Under the pieces are notes generated by a model. The model did no database searches. It was not told where the DNA came from and saw nothing but the letters and a program-made list of their open reading frames with translations. This document shows positions 44,230 through 47,839 of a DNA stretch of 47,839 nt, in pieces (within the stretch, counting starts at the first letter, position 1; each line of letters opens with the position of its first letter). A program made the translations under genes and the position numbers. The stretch comes from Vicinamibacterales bacterium (GTDB lineage Bacteria > Acidobacteriota > Vicinamibacteria > Vicinamibacterales > UBA2999), in the NCBI GenBank assembly GCA_050183355.1, contig JBFXBH010000005.1:1-47839 (forward strand). Direction: 5' to 3'.

Positions 44230-44633
44230 TGGCGAAGCGCGCGGGCGGCAAGGGCTACTACATGATCAGCGCCGTGGCGGAGAAGTACAACATCCATCCG
44301 CAGACGCTGCGTCTCTACGAGCGCGAAGGTCTGCTGAAGCCGTCGCGCACGGAGGGCAACACGCGGACCTACACCGACGAGGACCTCGAGCAGCTCGAGA
44401 CCATCCTCACGCTGACCCGCGACCTCGGCGTCAACCTCGCGGGCGTGGAGATCATCCTCAACATGCGACGGAAGATCGAAGCGATGCAGCACGAGGTCAA
44501 CGAGTTCATGGACTACGTGAAAAAGGAGATGGCGCGCGGGCTCGACGACTGGGAGCAGCGGTTGTCGACCGCGCTCGTCAAGTCGTCGCCGACGGATCTC
44601 GTTCGACACGAAGGCGTCAAGAAAAATCTGTAG
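44226..44633 (+). CDS. hspR: MerR-family heat-shock repressor HspR
   Basis: ORF 44226..44633. YYMISAVAEKYNIHPQTLRLYEREGLLKPSRTEGNTRTYTDEDLEQLETILTLTRDLGVNLAGVEIIL is present. ATGA overlap with the dnaJ stop. Confidence 0.8.
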   Translation: MMAKRAGGKGYYMISAVAEKYNIHPQTLRLYEREGLLKPSRTEGNTRTYTDEDLEQLETILTLTRDLGVNLAGVEIILNMRRKIEAMQHEVNEFMDYVKKEMARGLDDWEQRLSTALVKSSPTDLVRHEGVKKNL

Positions 44634-44656
44634 CGCGATCTGCGTTACCATGCGGC

Positions 44657-45514
44657 GTGCCCTGCGAGTACTGCGACGACTCCGGTTGGAAGACCATCAC
44701 CACCGACGGGGTCAGCCGTGTCACTCGCTGTGACTGCCGCCGCGAGGCGCTCGTCGAGCGCCGGCTCCGCGAGGCGCGGATCCCGCCGCGGTACCTGCGC
44801 GCGGATTTCGGCAACTTCATCACGTACAGAAACGAGCGTCTGCTGAACGCCGTCGAGAAGGCGAAGCGGTTCGCCGACGCCTTTCCGGCCTGCCCGAAGG
44901 GGCTGATGTTCATCGCGGGCGCCGGCGCCGGCAAGACCCACCTCGCCGTGTCCGTACTGCGGCAGGTCGTCATGGCCACGGGCGCGAGGGCCGTTTTCTG
45001 CGACACGAAGGAACTGTTGCGGGAGATCAAGAACACCTACAACGCCACGACCCAGGCGGCGGAAATGGACGTGCTGCGTCCGATCATGCAGGCCGAGCTG
45101 CTGGTGTTCGACGACCTGGGGTCGGAGCGGTTCACGGACTGGGTCGAAGAGACGATGACCCTGATCGTGAACGCCCGGTACAACGAGCGCCGCCTGACGA
45201 TCTTCACGTCGAATTGCCTCGATACGCCGGCCGAGCAGGGTGAGCCGGACTCGCTGATCGCCAAGGTCGGGTTCCGCATCCATTCGCGGCTCAGGGAAAT
45301 GTGCGATTTCCTCGAGTACGACACGCCGGACTTCCGGGATTTTCCGTCCAACGTCGGGCCGGAGGAGATCGAGCAGCTCTGGAAGGGGCGCTCCCGCCGC
45401 TCGCTGCCGGCCAGGGCCGGCGGTCAGATGCGGGCGCAGCTCCGCGGACCGCGCGCCCCGAAGCACGGCGAGCAGCTCGACCTGAAGTGGCCGGGCGGCC
45501 GGGCCGGCTCGTAG
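44657..45514 (+). CDS. DnaC/DnaI-like AAA+ ATPase with N-terminal Cys4 zinc-ribbon-like motif
   Basis: ORF 44657..45514 with a GTG start. CEYCDDSGW...RCDCRRE gives the Cys motif. Walker A is GAGAGKTHL and Walker B is LLVFDDLG. NARYNERRLTIFTSN is also present. Confidence 0.7.
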   Translation: MPCEYCDDSGWKTITTDGVSRVTRCDCRREALVERRLREARIPPRYLRADFGNFITYRNERLLNAVEKAKRFADAFPACPKGLMFIAGAGAGKTHLAVSVLRQVVMATGARAVFCDTKELLREIKNTYNATTQAAEMDVLRPIMQAELLVFDDLGSERFTDWVEETMTLIVNARYNERRLTIFTSNCLDTPAEQGEPDSLIAKVGFRIHSRLREMCDFLEYDTPDFRDFPSNVGPEEIEQLWKGRSRRSLPARAGGQMRAQLRGPRAPKHGEQLDLKWPGGRAGS

Positions 45515-45532
45515 CGGACCACGACGACGACC

Positions 45533-46669
45533 GTGCTCGGGCTGTACGTCCACGTCCCGTTCTGCGCGGCCATCTGCAACTACTGCAATTTCAACCGCGG
45601 CCTGTTCGACGAAGCGCTGAAGACGCGCTACGTGGCCGCGCTGCTGACCGAGATCGCCCGCGCTGCCGACGGGTCGCCGGCCGACACGATCTTCTTCGGC
45701 GGCGGCACGCCGTCGCTGCTCGAGCCGGCCGAAGTCGGGTCGATCGTTGCGGCGTTGCGCCAGGCCTTCGCCGTCGCCCCGGACGCGGAGGTCACGCTCG
45801 AGGCGAACCCCGAGACCGTGACGGTGGACCGGCTGGCCGGGTATCGCGAGGCGGGTGTGACCCGCGTCAGCTTCGGCGCGCAGTCGTTTCGGGACGAGGA
45901 GCTCGTGCGGCTGAGCCGGCTGCACTCGGCCGGCCGGGCCGCCGCGGCGGTCGGCGAAGCGCGGACGGCCGGCTTCGATAACGTCAGTCTGGACCTGATG
46001 ATGTGGCTGCCGCAGCAGACCATCGCGCAGTGGCTGGCCTCGGTCGACCGGCTGATCCAGGTGGCCCCGGACCACGCGTCCCTCTATCTGCTCGAGCTCT
46101 ATCCCAACGCGCCGCTGCGCGAGGCGATGGCGCGGGAGCGCTGGTCGCTGGCACCGGACGATGACGCGGCCGACATGTACCTCGCGGCGATGGCGCGGCT
46201 CGACGCCGCGGGCTACGAGCAGTACGAGATCTCGAATGTCGCGCGTGCCGGACGCATGGCCCGTCACAACCTGAAGTACTGGGAGGACGGCGAGTGGCTC
46301 GGCTTCGGCTGCGGCGCGCACTCCACCCGGGACGGCCGGCGCTGGAAGAACGTGTCCGCGACCGGTGACTACGTCGACGCCGTGACGGCGAATGCGCCAC
46401 TGGCCGTCGATGTCCGTATCCTGTCTCCACAGGAGCGCGCGGAGGAGGCGGCGTTCACCGGCCTGCGCCTGTCCGGGGGCGTCGACCTCGACGCGGTGCG
46501 CCGCCGCTACGGCGTTGATCTGTGGGCCGCGCGACGGGAGGCCCTGACACCATTCGTCGATGCCGGCATCCTGACGTATGATGTCGGCCGCTTGCGACTC
46601 TCCCGCCGGGGGATGCTGCTGGCGAATGAAGTGATGGCCGTCCTGCTCGGCCCGGTAGTGCTAGAGTAG
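45533..46669 (+). CDS. hemW: radical SAM heme chaperone HemW (coproporphyrinogen-III-oxidase-like)
   Basis: ORF 45533..46669. LYVHVPFCAAICNYCNF carries CxxxCxxC. IFFGGGTPSLL and HNLKYW are present. Confidence 0.85.
   Translation: MLGLYVHVPFCAAICNYCNFNRGLFDEALKTRYVAALLTEIARAADGSPADTIFFGGGTPSLLEPAEVGSIVAALRQAFAVAPDAEVTLEANPETVTVDRLAGYREAGVTRVSFGAQSFRDEELVRLSRLHSAGRAAAAVGEARTAGFDNVSLDLMMWLPQQTIAQWLASVDRLIQVAPDHASLYLLELYPNAPLREAMARERWSLAPDDDAADMYLAAMARLDAAGYEQYEISNVARAGRMARHNLKYWEDGEWLGFGCGAHSTRDGRRWKNVSATGDYVDAVTANAPLAVDVRILSPQERAEEAAFTGLRLSGGVDLDAVRRRYGVDLWAARREALTPFVDAGILTYDVGRLRLSRRGMLLANEVMAVLLGPVVLE
46659..46667 (+). promoter_or_regulatory. candidate extended -10 TGcTAGAGT overlapping the hemW stop; downstream leader carries AGGAGG
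   Basis: The sequence reads gTGcTAGAGTAGg ... ttcAGGAGGattccgATG (46695). Confidence 0.4.
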
Positions 46670-46694
46670 GCGCCTTTGGTTCAGGAGGATTCCG

Positions 46695-47147
46695 ATGCGA
46701 CGACTGTCCGGACTGTTGCTGGCTGGCGCTCTGATGATGCTGCCGGTGTTTTCGCAGAGTCATGTGCGTGCTGCCGAACAGGCGGCTCAGAAGTTCACGT
46801 TTGACGGCGACACCGCCCTGTGGACGGTGGCGATCAAGCCGGACAAGACGGCCGACTTCGAGAAGTTGATGGGGAAGGTGAAGGAGGCGCTCCTCAAGCT
46901 GGAGCGCAAGGCGCAGGCGGACGGTTGGAAGATCGTCAAGTCGCCCAAGGCGATGCCGGATGGCAACATCCCGTACATCCACGTGATCAGCCCCGTCGTG
47001 AAGGACGCCGACTACACGGTCATGGCGATCCTTTACGAGGCGAACACCGACCCGACCGTGCAGCGCGAGCTGTACGACCTGTATCGGGGTGCGTTCGCGG
47101 CCAACCTGGGCGCGGCCGGCTATTCGACGGTCAACCTCGGGCAGTAA
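46695..47147 (+). CDS. exported hypothetical protein, paralog 1 of an unrecognised family
   Basis: ORF 46695..47147. AGGAGG lies 6 nt upstream. The signal peptide is MRRLSGLLLAGALMMLPVFSQSHVRA. Third-position GC is coding-like. Confidence 0.6.
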   Translation: MRRLSGLLLAGALMMLPVFSQSHVRAAEQAAQKFTFDGDTALWTVAIKPDKTADFEKLMGKVKEALLKLERKAQADGWKIVKSPKAMPDGNIPYIHVISPVVKDADYTVMAILYEANTDPTVQRELYDLYRGAFAANLGAAGYSTVNLGQ

Positions 47148-47175
47148 TCCGGGGTCGGTCCGTCCCGTTGTTCTG

Positions 47176-47757
47176 ATGTTCGTGTGTGTTCCGGCGCTGG
47201 CTGCACGGTGTGCGGCCGGCGCCGTTTGTCTTTCAGGTCTGCTGGCGGGACCGGTCTTCGCGCAGGCGACGACGGCACAGCCGGACGCCGCCACGGTGCA
47301 GGCGCCGGGCGGGCTTCCGCCAGCGCCCGGCGTCACGCCGGCCGCGGGTGCCCCCGCGCCGGATCGGATCTTCGCGACCGAAGCCGGCATGCTCATCAGC
47401 CCGATCAAGGCCGACCGCGTGAAGGATTTCGAGGCGGTGATGGCGCGCCTGCATCAGGCGCTGGCGACATCGACGGACGAGACCCGCCGGCGGCAGGCGG
47501 CGGGCTGGCGGCTCTATCGGGCGACCGAGGCCGGTCCGTCGTCGAGTGTGATCTACGTGTCCGTCCTGTCGCCGGCCGTGCCGAAGGCGGACTACACCGT
47601 GGGCAAGATCCTGCTGGAGGCGTTTCCGCTCGACGAGGTGCAGGACCTGCACGAGCGGTACACGGCCGCGTTTGCCGGCGCGCAGACCATCCTCAGCCTG
47701 CGGCCGCTGGCGGACTTCGGCGAGCCGTGGCAGCCGCCGCCCCCCGCGCCTCGGTGA
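47176..47757 (+). CDS. exported hypothetical protein, paralog 2 (Pro/Ala-rich linker after signal peptide)
   Basis: Frame of ORF 47089..47757, trimmed to MFVCVPALAARCAAGAVCLSGLLAGPVFAQ. It shares IK.D...DFE..M, QA.GW, SP.V..ADYTV..IL.EA and Y..AFA with the preceding gene. Confidence 0.55.
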   Translation: MFVCVPALAARCAAGAVCLSGLLAGPVFAQATTAQPDAATVQAPGGLPPAPGVTPAAGAPAPDRIFATEAGMLISPIKADRVKDFEAVMARLHQALATSTDETRRRQAAGWRLYRATEAGPSSSVIYVSVLSPAVPKADYTVGKILLEAFPLDEVQDLHERYTAAFAGAQTILSLRPLADFGEPWQPPPPAPR

Positions 47758-47839
47758 CGTCACCGAGACGGTCATCGAGGTAGCCGCGGCGCCCCCCAGG
47801 AAATGCGGCGCGGAGCGCGACTGAAGTGTACGAGCCCAG

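Noticed and set aside
44657-45514. IstB-like ATPase as a remnant of an IS21-family element
   Set aside because: There is no istA transposase, no terminal inverted repeats and no GC deviation. The N-terminal Cys4 motif and chromosomal context fit a DnaC/DnaI-type loader better. A phylogeny would settle it.
47803-47839. Possible start of another plus-strand gene (ATG 47803, MRRGARLKCTSP...) at the right window edge
   Set aside because: Only 12 codons are visible and no clear SD or promoter is present. It cannot be supported from this window.

Overview
This is a GC-rich (by eye about 70% G+C, not computed), almost fully coding bacterial chromosomal segment. I call 44 protein genes. I could not recognise any rRNA, tRNA, CRISPR array, transposase, integrase or phage gene by eye.

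Content is mostly core housekeeping:
- trpS (partial), scpA-scpB, rluB, cmk, rpsA-ihfB
- a methylmalonyl-CoA-mutase-type B12-binding subunit, valS-nadC-birA, and a TRAM/RumA-type RNA methyltransferase
- mobA-argS with a class I amidotransferase, crcB, lnt, and prfB with its classical +1 frameshift
- a class A PBP, dnaK-dnaJ-hspR followed by a DnaC/DnaI-like ATPase, and hemW

A VWFA-related 'acidobacterial' domain protein plus the GC content suggest an Acidobacteriota-like genome. This is inference, not a search result.

I found no self-contained accessory island such as a defence system, toxin-antitoxin pair, biosynthetic cluster or mobile element. What stands out is listed below.
1. A recurrent geometry: an AT-rich -10-like hexamer 5-9 nt upstream of start codons that lack a Shine-Dalgarno sequence. 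This suggests many leaderless mRNAs. It includes 22-bp and 26-bp divergent spacers, one pair of overlapping divergent start codons, and -10-like elements built on the stop codon of the upstream gene.
2. Three independent tandem duplications of small exported proteins: an internally duplicated CMD/AhpD-like protein, two SnoaL/NTF2-like genes, and two genes of unknown family.
3. Several uncharacterised or oddly placed genes:
   - a histone-H1-like protein inserted between cmk and rpsA
   - a RomR-like receiver/Pro-rich protein
   - a Cys-containing hypothetical translationally coupled between birA and the methyltransferase
   - a V4R / TolB_N-TPR / SPOR / CrcB gene string
   - a zinc-ribbon DnaC-like ATPase behind hspR

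All functional calls rest on my reading of the supplied translations (motifs and remembered family signatures). No database search was run.
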